Below are positions 1 to 9,794 of a stretch of DNA of 64,000 nt, in pieces. The notes beneath the pieces were generated by a model that was not told where the DNA came from, made no database searches, and saw nothing but the letters and a program-made list of their open reading frames with translations. Position numbers and translations under genes: made by a program. The stretch comes from Candidatus Poriferisocius sp. GTDB lineage: Bacteria > Actinomycetota > Acidimicrobiia > Acidimicrobiales > Bin134. Every line of letters begins with the position of its first letter. Within the stretch, counting starts at the first letter, position 1. The stretch spans positions 1,555,177-1,619,176 of the forward strand of contig NZ_OZ242338.1 of assembly GCF_965208475.1 (NCBI RefSeq), written 5' to 3'.

Positions 1-834
1 CCAAACGCTGAGACTGCGCTCAACCGCGTGGCGGAAACGGCCCATCAGATGCTGTCAGAGATCGGCGGGCAGGCCGGATCGGCCTGTATCGGCGTTCCCG
101 GCATCTACCGCCCGCATTCCGACGGTGTCGAACAGGCGCTGAATCTGCCGGGATTCGAGGGTCTGCAAGTACGAGCCAAACTCGAAGAACTCCTCGACAT
201 GGAAGTCCGCGTGGACAACGACGTGAATCTGGCTGCTCTAGCCGAGGCAGACCTGGACATAGACCAGACCAACTTTGCCGCCATCTCCATTGGCACCGGA
301 ATCGGAATGGGAATCATCGCGGGCGGGGAACTGTACCGCGGGGGGACGGGAGCGGCCGGAGAGGTCGGGTCGCTGGAGCTCCATGGCTCCCCCGCCGACT
401 CCAATGCCCCCCTCATCTTGGAAGACGTCTCGTCGGCACCGGCCATCCGCAAGCAATTCGGGCAGGCAGCTGAGTCCGGGTACCCGACTGAGCTGCACGG
501 CAGTGCTGACGTTCCGGAGATCTTCGACGCAGCCGCCCAGGGCGACCCGGCAGCCGTGCATGTCTTGGAGAACGCGGCGTCAGCCATGGCGACCGCAGTA
601 ATGCAGTTGTGCCTGATCATCGATCCGGAGCGGATTGTGTTCGGCGGCGGCGTGGGGGCCAACCAGGTGTTTGTGGAGGCGGTCAATGCCGAGCTATATC
701 GGCGGCACTCCCAACCGGTGGAAATCTCTGCTTCAACGCTCGGCCGGCGCGCCACATTCCTCGGGGCTGTGTCGTGGGCGCTCGATGAGCTGCATGAGTC
801 ACTGGTCACCGACACCCTCGGGAGCCAGCGGTGA
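1..834 (+). CDS. ROK family sugar kinase/transcriptional regulator (5'-truncated by window edge)
   Basis: Motifs GVPG, DNDVNLAALAE, IGTGIGMGII, GAAGEVG, FGGG; frame open from position 1. Confidence 0.88.
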   Translation, partial: PNAETALNRVAETAHQMLSEIGGQAGSACIGVPGIYRPHSDGVEQALNLPGFEGLQVRAKLEELLDMEVRVDNDVNLAALAEADLDIDQTNFAAISIGTGIGMGIIAGGELYRGGTGAAGEVGSLELHGSPADSNAPLILEDVSSAPAIRKQFGQAAESGYPTELHGSADVPEIFDAAAQGDPAAVHVLENAASAMATAVMQLCLIIDPERIVFGGGVGANQVFVEAVNAELYRRHSQPVEISASTLGRRATFLGAVSWALDELHESLVTDTLGSQR

Positions 835-2078
835 CCCCTGAGGCCGTTGCCGATGCCGTCAACCCCGACGGACTCATCGAACTCGTCCAAGAGGCCGTCC
901 GCATCCCCAGCGTGACTCCCCATGAGGGGGACTTCGCCCACTGGGTGCATGAGCAGCTCCAAGATGGGGTTTGGGAACGAGCCCAGCTCTCCCCTTGCGC
1001 CGACTACCGCCCAAATGTCTACGCCAGCGCCGGACAGACAAGTCCCTCGTTGGTTCTGGCCGGACATCTCGACACCGTGCATGCCGACGACTGGAAGGCG
1101 CACTGGGCTGGGACCGACCGAGCTGATCCCTATGCGGCCCCGATCATCGACCGGGCGATCTGGGGCCGAGGGGCCGCAGACCAAAAGGCAGGCATCTGCG
1201 CCATTCTTGAGGCCTTCCGAGCGATCGGTCGAACTGGCTGCCAACCGAAGGGCCGCGCCACTGCGCTGTTCGTTTGCGATGAGGAGTCGGGCCAGCCTGG
1301 CAGCGGCGTTTCGGCCGGCATGAAGACTGCCATCGCCGATGGGGTCATTCCGCAAGATCACCCGCCTGACTTCCTCATCTATACCGAGCCCTCCACCTCG
1401 GCCATCTACACCGCTCAAATGGGCTTTCTCATCGCCCAAATCACGCTGACCGGTCAATCGGCCTACTTCGGACGCCCCGAACTCGGTGTGGACGCCCTCT
1501 GGGCCGGGCACCGCCTTTTGTCCGCGCTTTGGACGCACTCCGATGATCTGCGCGCCCAGCCCCAGCACCCACTGATAGGGCCGGCATTTCTGCTTGTGAC
1601 CGAGGTCAACTCAGGAGGGAACATCGCTGTTCCCGGACAGTTCCACCTGTCGTTGATCCGCAAGGTCCTCCCTGACGAGCGCCTCGATGCCGCGGCGGAT
1701 GCCATCCGAGACATCGCAGCCCAGGTGGCCTCTGATCACGAAGTAGAGGCTTCGGTAGAGTTCTCCGCCTCTCGCGACCACCCGGTGGGCGGCACTCCAG
1801 ACGAGATACCCACCGACCATGCCGCGGTACAGGCTCTGGGGGAGTCCATTTCAGCGGTAACGGGCGAAGCGCCCCGGATCGAAGCCGCGCCGTTCTGGTC
1901 GGAGAAGTCATTCCTCGCTTCCCTCGGTGTGCCCGGCGTGTACTTCGCGCCCGGTGACATATCCAACTGCCACACACCGTTCGAGCACGTGGAGATCGAC
2001 GAACTCATAGCCGCCACCCGCACCCTGGCCCACTTCGTGGCGTCGTGGTGCGGTCTCGAACCAGCCCCAACCACCTAA
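831..2078 (+). CDS. M20 family metallo-deacylase (ArgE/DapE-like)
   Basis: GHLDTV, GRGAADQKAG, DEESG, YTEP, C-terminal HTPFE metal-ligand motifs; GTGA overlap with ROK gene. Confidence 0.88.
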   Translation: MTPEAVADAVNPDGLIELVQEAVRIPSVTPHEGDFAHWVHEQLQDGVWERAQLSPCADYRPNVYASAGQTSPSLVLAGHLDTVHADDWKAHWAGTDRADPYAAPIIDRAIWGRGAADQKAGICAILEAFRAIGRTGCQPKGRATALFVCDEESGQPGSGVSAGMKTAIADGVIPQDHPPDFLIYTEPSTSAIYTAQMGFLIAQITLTGQSAYFGRPELGVDALWAGHRLLSALWTHSDDLRAQPQHPLIGPAFLLVTEVNSGGNIAVPGQFHLSLIRKVLPDERLDAAADAIRDIAAQVASDHEVEASVEFSASRDHPVGGTPDEIPTDHAAVQALGESISAVTGEAPRIEAAPFWSEKSFLASLGVPGVYFAPGDISNCHTPFEHVEIDELIAATRTLAHFVASWCGLEPAPTT

Positions 2079-2092
2079 CGAAGGAGAAACCC

Positions 2093-3271
2093 ATGCACCC
2101 ACACAAGAGATCGAGATGGCTCGCGCTCAGTGCCTTGCTTGCTGTTTTCGTTCTGTTGGCCGCAGCTTGCGGCAACGACGACGACAGCGAAAGCGATGCC
2201 CCGGCTGCTCCAGCTACCGCCGCGCCCACAGCCGCTCCCGAACCGACTGAAGACGCCCCGGCGATGGAGGCCCCGGTAACCCAGGGGCCGAACGGCGAGC
2301 CGGCCAGTCCGTCAGGCGACATAGCGCTGACCGCCGGCGAGCTGAGCCAGATACAAGAGGGCGACTACACCGCCGCCCTTCTCTGGCACATCTCCGGCGC
2401 GTTCACCGACGCGGTGAGCCAAGGGGCGCGAGACGCTTTCGCGGAGATGGGCATCGAGGTGGTGGTCGAGACCGAGGCCGGTTTCGACGCCGCCCAGCAG
2501 GCCAATGACGTTGAAACCGCCATGGCCCTGAACCCCGACATCATCCTCAGCCTCACCATCGATCCGGTCTCTGCGGCAGAGGGCTTCCGGCCCGCGGTAG
2601 AGGCAGGCGTTCAACTCGTGTTCTTGTCGACAACTCCCGAGGGGTATACGCAGGGCGAGGAGTTCGTGGGGGTGGTGACCGACGACTTGGCCGCTATGGG
2701 CATTGCCGCGGCCAATCTGCTCGGCAACGCGCTCGGAGGTGAAGGCGAGATCGGCTTCATCTTCCACGATGCCCCGTTCTACGTGACCAACCAGCGCGAC
2801 CAGGCGTTCAAGGCCTGGATCGAGATCAACTTCCCCGGAATCCAGATCGTGGCCGAGCAGGGCCTGGCCGACCCTGCGACCGCGGAGGACATCGCCTCTA
2901 CGATGCTGACCCGCAATCCCGGCCTCGACGGCATCTACGCTCCGTGGTCGGCCGGACCGGCCGACGGCGTGCTCGCCGCGCTGCGGGCGGTGGGTGCCAG
3001 CGATGTGGCGGTGGTGACCATTGACTTGGACACCAACGTCTCCCTCGACCTCGTGGAAGGCGGCAACATCGTGGGCATCGCGGCCGACGAGGCCTATGAG
3101 ATCGGCCGCACGATGGCTACCGAGGGCGCCTACGGCCTGCTCGGGAAAGAAGCGCCGCCCTTCGTGGTTGTACCTGCCATAGAGGTAACCGCCGACAACA
3201 TCGTCGATGCATACAGGGTGTCGCTGGCCGCTGATCCGCCTCAACAGGTGCTAGACGCCCTCGGCGGCTAG
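2093..3271 (+). CDS. Sugar ABC transporter substrate-binding lipoprotein (RbsB-like)
   Basis: AAGGAG RBS before ATG 2093, lipobox LAAAC, Ala/Pro linker, periplasmic binding protein type I features. Confidence 0.88.
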   Translation: MHPHKRSRWLALSALLAVFVLLAAACGNDDDSESDAPAAPATAAPTAAPEPTEDAPAMEAPVTQGPNGEPASPSGDIALTAGELSQIQEGDYTAALLWHISGAFTDAVSQGARDAFAEMGIEVVVETEAGFDAAQQANDVETAMALNPDIILSLTIDPVSAAEGFRPAVEAGVQLVFLSTTPEGYTQGEEFVGVVTDDLAAMGIAAANLLGNALGGEGEIGFIFHDAPFYVTNQRDQAFKAWIEINFPGIQIVAEQGLADPATAEDIASTMLTRNPGLDGIYAPWSAGPADGVLAALRAVGASDVAVVTIDLDTNVSLDLVEGGNIVGIAADEAYEIGRTMATEGAYGLLGKEAPPFVVVPAIEVTADNIVDAYRVSLAADPPQQVLDALGG

Positions 3272-3281
3272 ACCTGGACAG

Positions 3282-4292
3282 GTGACCAGGAGATCGATCC
3301 ACAGACAGGCCTCGACCGGACTCCCCTCCCCGGTCGAGGCCTGGATCGACCGCTACAAACATGACGGCGGCCTCCGCCGGTTCGTCGTCTACTTTGCGTT
3401 CGCTCTGATTCTGGCGACGTTCAGCATCATCCTGCACGACGACGGTTTCCTCAGCTCCTCCAATCTGCTCAATATCGGCCGGCAAGCAGCCCCCATCGCG
3501 GTCATGGCGGTTGGGATGGCCTTCGCCCTGGCCGCGGGGGAAATCGACCTCTCCGTAGGCTCAGTGGTGGCACTCTCATCACTGGTGGCCGCGGAAATGG
3601 TGGGCAACTATGGATTCCTGGTCGGCGTGCTGGTGGCCTTGGGAGCGTCAGTGCTCGTCGGCCTCGTAAACGGGCTGATCACGGTGAAGGTGCGAATCCC
3701 GTCATTCCTAGTCACGCTGGGCATGTTGGGCATCATCAGTGGGATTGCCCGCAACTGGAACGACTTGCAGTCGCTGCCCATCCGCAACGACAGATTCAGC
3801 GGGCTGTTCGGCGCCGGCGGACTGGGTCCTGTCTCCTCGCTGCTCATCTGGATCATCGTTGTCGGCGGCCTTGGTCACATCGCGCTGCACCACCTGCGCT
3901 GGGGACGCCATGTGTTGTCCACCGGCGCCGACCGCGACGCGGCCAACGCAGTCGGGATCAACACCGCCCGAGTGAAGATCTCCGCGCTGGTGGCCAGTGC
4001 CACCGCGGCGGGCTTCGCCGGGGTACTCCTCGCCGGCCGACTCAGCATCGGTCGCCACAACTTCGGAGAGGACTACCTGCTCACCGTGATCGCCGCGGTG
4101 GTGATCGGCGGGACCAACCTGTTCGGAGGGAGGGCTTCGGTTATCGGAGCCGTCACCGGTGCCCTCATCATGGCCATGCTCAACAACGGTCTGATCCTCA
4201 TGGGGCTGGAAGTAGCCGATCAGCGCATTGCCCGAGGAGTGATCATCATCTTGGCCGTAGCGCTGAGTATGAGAGAAGCCAAGGAGAGCTGA
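3282..4292 (+). CDS. Sugar ABC transporter permease (RbsC-like)
   Basis: GEIDLSVGS, IPSFLVTLG, IAAVVIGGT motifs; many TM segments. Confidence 0.92.
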   Translation: MTRRSIHRQASTGLPSPVEAWIDRYKHDGGLRRFVVYFAFALILATFSIILHDDGFLSSSNLLNIGRQAAPIAVMAVGMAFALAAGEIDLSVGSVVALSSLVAAEMVGNYGFLVGVLVALGASVLVGLVNGLITVKVRIPSFLVTLGMLGIISGIARNWNDLQSLPIRNDRFSGLFGAGGLGPVSSLLIWIIVVGGLGHIALHHLRWGRHVLSTGADRDAANAVGINTARVKISALVASATAAGFAGVLLAGRLSIGRHNFGEDYLLTVIAAVVIGGTNLFGGRASVIGAVTGALIMAMLNNGLILMGLEVADQRIARGVIIILAVALSMREAKES

Positions 4293-4294
4293 CC

Positions 4295-5506
4295 GTGTTC
4301 CTGAGATCGCTGCTGCGCAAGAACCCGGCTTTCGTGGAAGCCGTTGTGGCGTTGCATCAGGCCGGTTCCATCCCGGCCAACAGCTACGTGATCGACCTCG
4401 ACGCGGTGGCAGCCAACACCTCGCACCTCATGTACGAGGCCAAGAAGCTGGGATTGACGGTGTACGCCATGACCAAACAACTCGGAAGGGCACCAGACGT
4501 CCTCGATGCCATCACCGGTGCTGGGGTGGACGGCTATGTGGCTGTGGACATGGCCTGCGCCCGGCCCATATCCGCCAACGGGCACAACCTCGGACACATT
4601 GGGCATCTCGTGCAGGTGGCCGCGGGCGAAGCCCGCGAAGCCGTGGCCATGCATCCCGACTACTGGACAGTTTTCACGCCCAACAAGGCGGCAGAGGCAT
4701 CGGCTGCCGCCTCCCGCATCGGACGGGTCCAGGATCTGCTGGTACGGGTCTTTGCTCCCGGCGATGAGTTCTACCCGGGCCACGAGGGGGGTATTCCGCT
4801 CGAAGACCTGCCCGCAATGATCGCCCACATCGCCGGGCTTTCTGGGGCCCGGTTCGCCGGACTCACCACGTTTCCGGCGCTGCTCTTCGACCCGGCCACC
4901 GGCCGAGCCCGAACCACTCCCAACATGGCAACCCTGGCCCGGGCTGCGGAGTCGGCCGGGCAGTACCTAGGCCCTAACAACCAGGGGCAACTCCAGATCA
5001 ACGCCCCGGGCACGACGTCTTCCGCGGTGCTGGCCCAGCTGGCGGAGGCAGGTGCCACCCAGGTGGAGCCGGGGCACGGGCTCACCGGAACCACTCCCCT
5101 GCATGCGGTGGACGACCTGCCCGAGCAGCCCGCGGTGTGCTACGTCAGCGAGGTCGCCCACATCCACCAGGGCATGCCATTCTGTTTCGGCGGCGGTCTC
5201 TACATCGACCCGGTCTTCGGGGACTACCAGACCACTGCTGTGGTGGCGCGCGACCCCGGAGAGGCGGCCACCAAGCCCATTCCCGTGGATATGCCCGACC
5301 CTGCGGCCATCGACTACTACGCCAAACTGAACCCCGAATCGGATCGCACGGTCAGCGAGGGCGACACGGTGGTGTTTGGCTTCCGCATCCAGGCCTTCGT
5401 GACGAGGGCATTTGTCGCGGGCGTGGCCGGTGTGCGGTCTGGAGCGCCGTCGGTCGCCGGTATCTCAGATGTGCTGGGTAACCCCGTGAACCGGGGCAGC
5501 CGATGA
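4295..5506 (+). CDS. YhfX-like PLP-dependent enzyme (alanine racemase-like fold III)
   Basis: YVIDLD, YAMTKQLGR (candidate PLP Lys), GHIGHLVQ, YPGHEGG, INAPG, VEPGHGLTGTTPLH, FGFRIQAFVTR resemble E. coli YhfX. Confidence 0.8.
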   Translation: MFLRSLLRKNPAFVEAVVALHQAGSIPANSYVIDLDAVAANTSHLMYEAKKLGLTVYAMTKQLGRAPDVLDAITGAGVDGYVAVDMACARPISANGHNLGHIGHLVQVAAGEAREAVAMHPDYWTVFTPNKAAEASAAASRIGRVQDLLVRVFAPGDEFYPGHEGGIPLEDLPAMIAHIAGLSGARFAGLTTFPALLFDPATGRARTTPNMATLARAAESAGQYLGPNNQGQLQINAPGTTSSAVLAQLAEAGATQVEPGHGLTGTTPLHAVDDLPEQPAVCYVSEVAHIHQGMPFCFGGGLYIDPVFGDYQTTAVVARDPGEAATKPIPVDMPDPAAIDYYAKLNPESDRTVSEGDTVVFGFRIQAFVTRAFVAGVAGVRSGAPSVAGISDVLGNPVNRGSR

Positions 5507-6264
5507 GCATGACTCCCGCGCTGGCTGCCTCTGGAATCTCAAAATCATTCCGGGCCGTGCAGGCCCTCAACGACGTATCCATCGAGTTGCACCACGGTCG
5601 AGTCACCGCGCTTCTAGGCGACAACGGCGCCGGCAAATCAACGCTGGTGAAATGTCTTGCGGGCCTCTATCAGCCCGACGCGGGCAGCATCTTTGTCGAG
5701 GGCACCGAGCATCGCATCAACTCATCGCGTCATGCGCGAGAGCTGGGCATCGAGACAGTTCACCAAGCCTTGTCGGTCATCGACCCGCTCGACGTGGCGG
5801 AAAACCTCTTCTTGAATCGGGAGCAAACCCGAGGCGGATGGCTGGGTGCGCGCATCGGCCTGCTCGACAAGAGGCGTATGCGCGAGGAATGCGCGGCCAC
5901 GCTGTCAGGCCTCGACATCCGGATCCCGTCGCTGCGGCGCCCAGTCGGCTCGCTTTCCGGCGGGCAGCGCCAAGCGGTCGCCATTGGCCGAGCGGTGGCG
6001 TGGGGCCAAAAGATCGTTCTGCTCGACGAGCCAGCCGCAGCACTCGGCGTCGAGCAGACCCAGAGAGTTCTCGATCTCATCGCCAACATGCGCGATCAGG
6101 GCGTGGCGGTTCTGCTCATCACCCACAACATGGACAGAGTGCTGGCGGTCTGCGACCAGGCAGTTGTGCTCTACCAAGGCCGGAAGTGCGCCGAAGTCGA
6201 CGTTCCCGATGTCACCAAGGACGACTTGGTGTCGTTCATCACCGGTGCCCGCGGCACAGGGTGA
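5503..6264 (+). CDS. Sugar ABC transporter ATP-binding protein
   Basis: GDNGAGKST, LSGGQRQ, LLDEP, ITHN. Confidence 0.95.
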   Translation: MSMTPALAASGISKSFRAVQALNDVSIELHHGRVTALLGDNGAGKSTLVKCLAGLYQPDAGSIFVEGTEHRINSSRHARELGIETVHQALSVIDPLDVAENLFLNREQTRGGWLGARIGLLDKRRMREECAATLSGLDIRIPSLRRPVGSLSGGQRQAVAIGRAVAWGQKIVLLDEPAAALGVEQTQRVLDLIANMRDQGVAVLLITHNMDRVLAVCDQAVVLYQGRKCAEVDVPDVTKDDLVSFITGARGTG

Positions 6265-6277
6265 GCGCCGAGGACCA

Positions 6278-7024
6278 ATGGTGCGCGTCCATATCCTCGC
6301 CGATGCCGCAGCCACCGCCGAGAGGGCAGCCGACATCGTGGAGGGTGCTATTCGATCGACTCCCCACCCGGGCATCGGACTGGCCACCGGCAGCACGATG
6401 GTAGGGGTCTACCGCTCTTTGGCCCGGCGATGCCGAGAGGGCACGCTCAGCTTCTCCGAAGCCACGGTCTATCTGCTCGACGAATACATCGGCCTCGATG
6501 CCGACCATCCCCAGACCTATCGAAACGTCATCACAAGGAGCTTCACCGAACTTGTCGACCTGCGGAATGACGCGGTGTTTGCCCCCGATTGCCAAGCACC
6601 CGACCTCGACGGAGAAGCCCGGCGCTACGACCGCCTCGTGCGCGCCGCCGGCATAGACATCCAACTTCTCGGGATCGGGGGCAACGGCCACATCGCCTTC
6701 AACGAACCCGGCACGCCATTCGATGCCAAGACCAACGTGGTCTCGCTTAGCGAAGCGACACGGCGGGACAACGCCCGATTCTTCGACTCGCTTGATGATG
6801 TCCCCGGCAATGCCATTACCCAGGGGATTGGGACCATCCTGCAAGCAAAGCAGATCCTGCTCGTGGCTCAGGGATCGCACAAGTCCCGCCCGGTCCGCGA
6901 TGCCCTGGAAGGCCCGGTTTCAACTGAGACGCCGGCCTCAGCGGTCCAATTGCACCCCAATGTCGCCGTGGTCCTCGATCGCGAGGCGGCCTCGCTTCTT
7001 TCGAATCTAAGGCCAGAGAGCTGA
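6278..7024 (+). CDS. nagB: Glucosamine-6-phosphate deaminase
   Basis: GLATGST, LDEYIGL, LLGIGGNGHIAFNEPG, NARFF, ITQGIGTI, PASAVQLH; start trimmed to ATG 6278 after AGGA. Confidence 0.93.
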   Translation: MVRVHILADAAATAERAADIVEGAIRSTPHPGIGLATGSTMVGVYRSLARRCREGTLSFSEATVYLLDEYIGLDADHPQTYRNVITRSFTELVDLRNDAVFAPDCQAPDLDGEARRYDRLVRAAGIDIQLLGIGGNGHIAFNEPGTPFDAKTNVVSLSEATRRDNARFFDSLDDVPGNAITQGIGTILQAKQILLVAQGSHKSRPVRDALEGPVSTETPASAVQLHPNVAVVLDREAASLLSNLRPES

Positions 7025-7031
7025 TTGTCGG

Positions 7032-7640
7032 CTATGCCAGATCCAGCAGGTGGCCGAGGCGCTGTTGTTTGGTGCGGAGGTAGTCCATGTTCTCGGATCT
7101 GGGGGCCACTTCTAGAGGAACGCGGCGGGCAATCTCCAAGCCGAAAGAGGCCAGGCCGTCATGCTTGGTGGGGTTGTTGGTCATCAGCTCCACTCGCTTG
7201 ACCCCCAGCTCGGCCAAGATGGCGGCTCCAATGCCATAGGTACGGTCATCCACCGGCAGGCCGAGTTCCAGGTTGGCGTCTACCGTGTCGCGACCCTGGT
7301 CTTGAAGGGCATAGGCCTGCACCTTGTGGCCGATGCCGATGCCCCGACCCTCATGGCCCCGCAGATACACCAGAACACCGGTGCCGCGGGCAGCAATGGA
7401 ATCCATAGCCGCGTGGAGCTGGGCCCCGCAGTCGCAGCGCCACGAGCCGAACACATCGCCGGTTAGACACTCGCTGTGTACTCGTACCAGCACCTCGTCG
7501 GCTAAGTCCACGTCACCGAGGGCGAACGCCACGTGCTCTTCACCATCGTCCATGGACTCGAAGGCGTGGCAGGTGAACCGGCCCCAGTTCGTGGGCACCT
7601 CAGTGGTGGCGATCAGCCTGATCTCCGGTTGGCGTGTCAT
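7032..7640 (-). CDS. ribA: GTP cyclohydrolase II (stand-alone)
   Basis: RVHSECLTGDVFGSWRCDCG, EGRGIG, DTVDANLELG, MTNNP, YLRTK..LGH. Confidence 0.93.
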   Translation of the reverse strand: MTRQPEIRLIATTEVPTNWGRFTCHAFESMDDGEEHVAFALGDVDLADEVLVRVHSECLTGDVFGSWRCDCGAQLHAAMDSIAARGTGVLVYLRGHEGRGIGIGHKVQAYALQDQGRDTVDANLELGLPVDDRTYGIGAAILAELGVKRVELMTNNPTKHDGLASFGLEIARRVPLEVAPRSENMDYLRTKQQRLGHLLDLA

Positions 7641-7706
7641 GAGGTGGCCCTGAGAGTACCCCTGCCAGCAGCGAAACTGGCAGCCCAAGCGACATACGCT
7701 CTTGCC

Positions 7707-8561
7707 ATGCGATTCGGGGTGATGATGCAGACCACCGACCGGTCGATGTCGCCGATACGCCTAGCCCAGGAGTCCGAGGCCCGGGGCTACGCCTGCATCT
7801 ACCTGCCCGAGCACACCCATATCCCCACCAGCCGGCGTACCCCGCCGCCCACCGGCACCGACGAGCTGTCTGAAACCTACTTCCGGACGCTAGACCCCTA
7901 TATCGCCCTGGCCGCCTGCGCCCAAGCCACCGACTCCGTCGGTCTGGGAGTGGGAGTGGCGCTGCCCGCCCAACACGACCCCATTGCCTTCGCCAAGCAG
8001 TGCGCCACACTCGACTGGATCAGCGGAGGCCGACTGGTGCTGGGCATCGGCTACGGGTGGAACCACGAGGAGATGGAGAACCACGGCATCGACGTAAGTC
8101 GACGCCGAGCGCTGGTCAGAGAGCACCTGCTTTGTGCCCAGGCACTATGGGGGAACGAGGCCGCTGAGTACCACGGGGAGTTCGTTCATATGGAGCCCTC
8201 GTGGTGCTGGCCCAAGCCGATCCAGCAGCCCCGCATCCGCACCGTCATCGGCGCGGCCCCCGGGCCCACCACGTTCGCCCACATCGCAGAATTCGGCGAC
8301 GGATGGATGCCCATCGGCGGGGCCGGAATGCGGGCCGCACTGGCAGATTTGGCCCAGGCCATGGCCACCGCCGGCCGCAGCATCGACGAGTTGGAACTCA
8401 TCACCTACGGCACCCACCCCGACCCCGGAAAGCTGGCCTACTACCGCGATCTCGGCATCACCGAGGTGGTGCTGAGGTTCCCCCACGGCGGCTCAGCCGA
8501 CGACGTGCTGCCGGTGCTCGACGACTACACCCACTGGATCGAGGAATTCGGCTGTTCTTGA
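7707..8561 (+). CDS. LLM class F420-dependent oxidoreductase
   Basis: MRFGVM, PEHTHIP, LDP, SGGRLVLGIGYGWNHEE, PKPIQQP. Confidence 0.88.
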   Translation: MRFGVMMQTTDRSMSPIRLAQESEARGYACIYLPEHTHIPTSRRTPPPTGTDELSETYFRTLDPYIALAACAQATDSVGLGVGVALPAQHDPIAFAKQCATLDWISGGRLVLGIGYGWNHEEMENHGIDVSRRRALVREHLLCAQALWGNEAAEYHGEFVHMEPSWCWPKPIQQPRIRTVIGAAPGPTTFAHIAEFGDGWMPIGGAGMRAALADLAQAMATAGRSIDELELITYGTHPDPGKLAYYRDLGITEVVLRFPHGGSADDVLPVLDDYTHWIEEFGCS

Positions 8562-8600
8562 TCGCCCGGCGATAATCCGCCGGGCGGGGTGCTTGACGCC

Positions 8601-9707
8601 TCACTCCTCGCCGATGTCCAGCACAGTGCGGACCACGCCGCCGGTGTCCAACTCGTCGAGGGCGGCAGTCACGTCGTCAAGGGGTCGGTGTTGGGTGATG
8701 AGCTCGTCGAGCAGGAGCTCGCCCGATCGGTAGAGGTCGAAGATCCACGGAAAGTCCCGAGCAGGCGAGGAGTTGCCGTACATGCTGCCGGTCAACGCCT
8801 TGCCGAAGTAGATCTCGTTGGCATCGATGTGAAACGGGGTGCCCGCCGGCGGCCCGCCCACCATGACCGCCAAACCACCCATGCCGATGGAGTTCCAGGC
8901 GTTCATGTAGGTGGCCCCGGTGCCGATTACCTCGAAGGCGTAATCGGCCCCCCGGCCCCCGGTCATCTCCATCACCGCGGCCACCGGGTCGTCGTCCGAC
9001 GCGTTCACAGTGTGGGTGGCCCCGAACTTCTCGGCCAGCGCCAGCTTGTCGGCCAACAGGTCCACCGCCACGATCTCGGCCGCGCCCATAAGCCGGCAGC
9101 CCTGGATCACGTTGAGGCCCACACCGCCGCAGCCGTAGACCACACAGGTGCTGCCCCGGCGCACCTGGGCGGTGTTGACCGCGGAGCCCAGCCCGGTGGG
9201 CACCCCGCAGCCCACCAAACAGGCCACGTCCAGCCCCACGTCGTCGGGCACCCTTACCGCCTTGGAGAAGTGGACCACGGCGTGGGTGGCGAAAGACCCC
9301 ACCGTGCAGAACGAGTGGTGTACCTCCCCGTCCCGTTCGAAGCGGTGGCCGCCGTCGTAGTAGGTGCCGATGGGGAAGGCAGGCAGCACCTGGCAGCGGT
9401 TGGCGTAGCCCGAGGCGCACGACCGGCACCGCCCGCAACTGGCCACCAGCGACAGCACCACTCGGTCGCCGGGCTTTATCCCGGACACGCCCTCGCCCAC
9501 CTGCTCCACCACACCGGCTCCCTCATGGCCCAAGATCATGGGGGTCTCCCAGTCGCGGTTGCCGTGGTACACGTGAAGGTCGCTGTGGCAGATGCCGCTG
9601 TGGGTTATCCGCACAAGCACGTCTTGGGCCGCCAGATTGCAAATGTCCAGCTCAACGAGGTCCAGCGGCGCGTTCGGCGCCCGATACACCGCAGCCCGTG
9701 TCTTCAC
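8601..9707 (-). CDS. Zn-dependent alcohol dehydrogenase
   Basis: GICHSD, GHEGAG, CGRCRSC..C, GCGGVG; RBS AAGGGAGG before GTG 9707. Confidence 0.92.
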   Translation of the reverse strand: MKTRAAVYRAPNAPLDLVELDICNLAAQDVLVRITHSGICHSDLHVYHGNRDWETPMILGHEGAGVVEQVGEGVSGIKPGDRVVLSLVASCGRCRSCASGYANRCQVLPAFPIGTYYDGGHRFERDGEVHHSFCTVGSFATHAVVHFSKAVRVPDDVGLDVACLVGCGVPTGLGSAVNTAQVRRGSTCVVYGCGGVGLNVIQGCRLMGAAEIVAVDLLADKLALAEKFGATHTVNASDDDPVAAVMEMTGGRGADYAFEVIGTGATYMNAWNSIGMGGLAVMVGGPPAGTPFHIDANEIYFGKALTGSMYGNSSPARDFPWIFDLYRSGELLLDELITQHRPLDDVTAALDELDTGGVVRTVLDIGEE

Positions 9708-9794
9708 GCCCTCGCCTCCCTTAGAGCAGTCTCTTCCACAGCCCACACCACGGTACTTGTCGCACCACCGCGGGGCTCACCCCGAGCCAGCAGC

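Noticed and set aside
105-1568. 487-aa minus-strand ORF, and similar long antisense ORFs (8589-9920, 40343-42586, 43995-45614, 45899-48076, 50164-51657)
   Set aside because: Shadow frames of well-supported genes on the opposite strand in high-GC DNA; no motifs.
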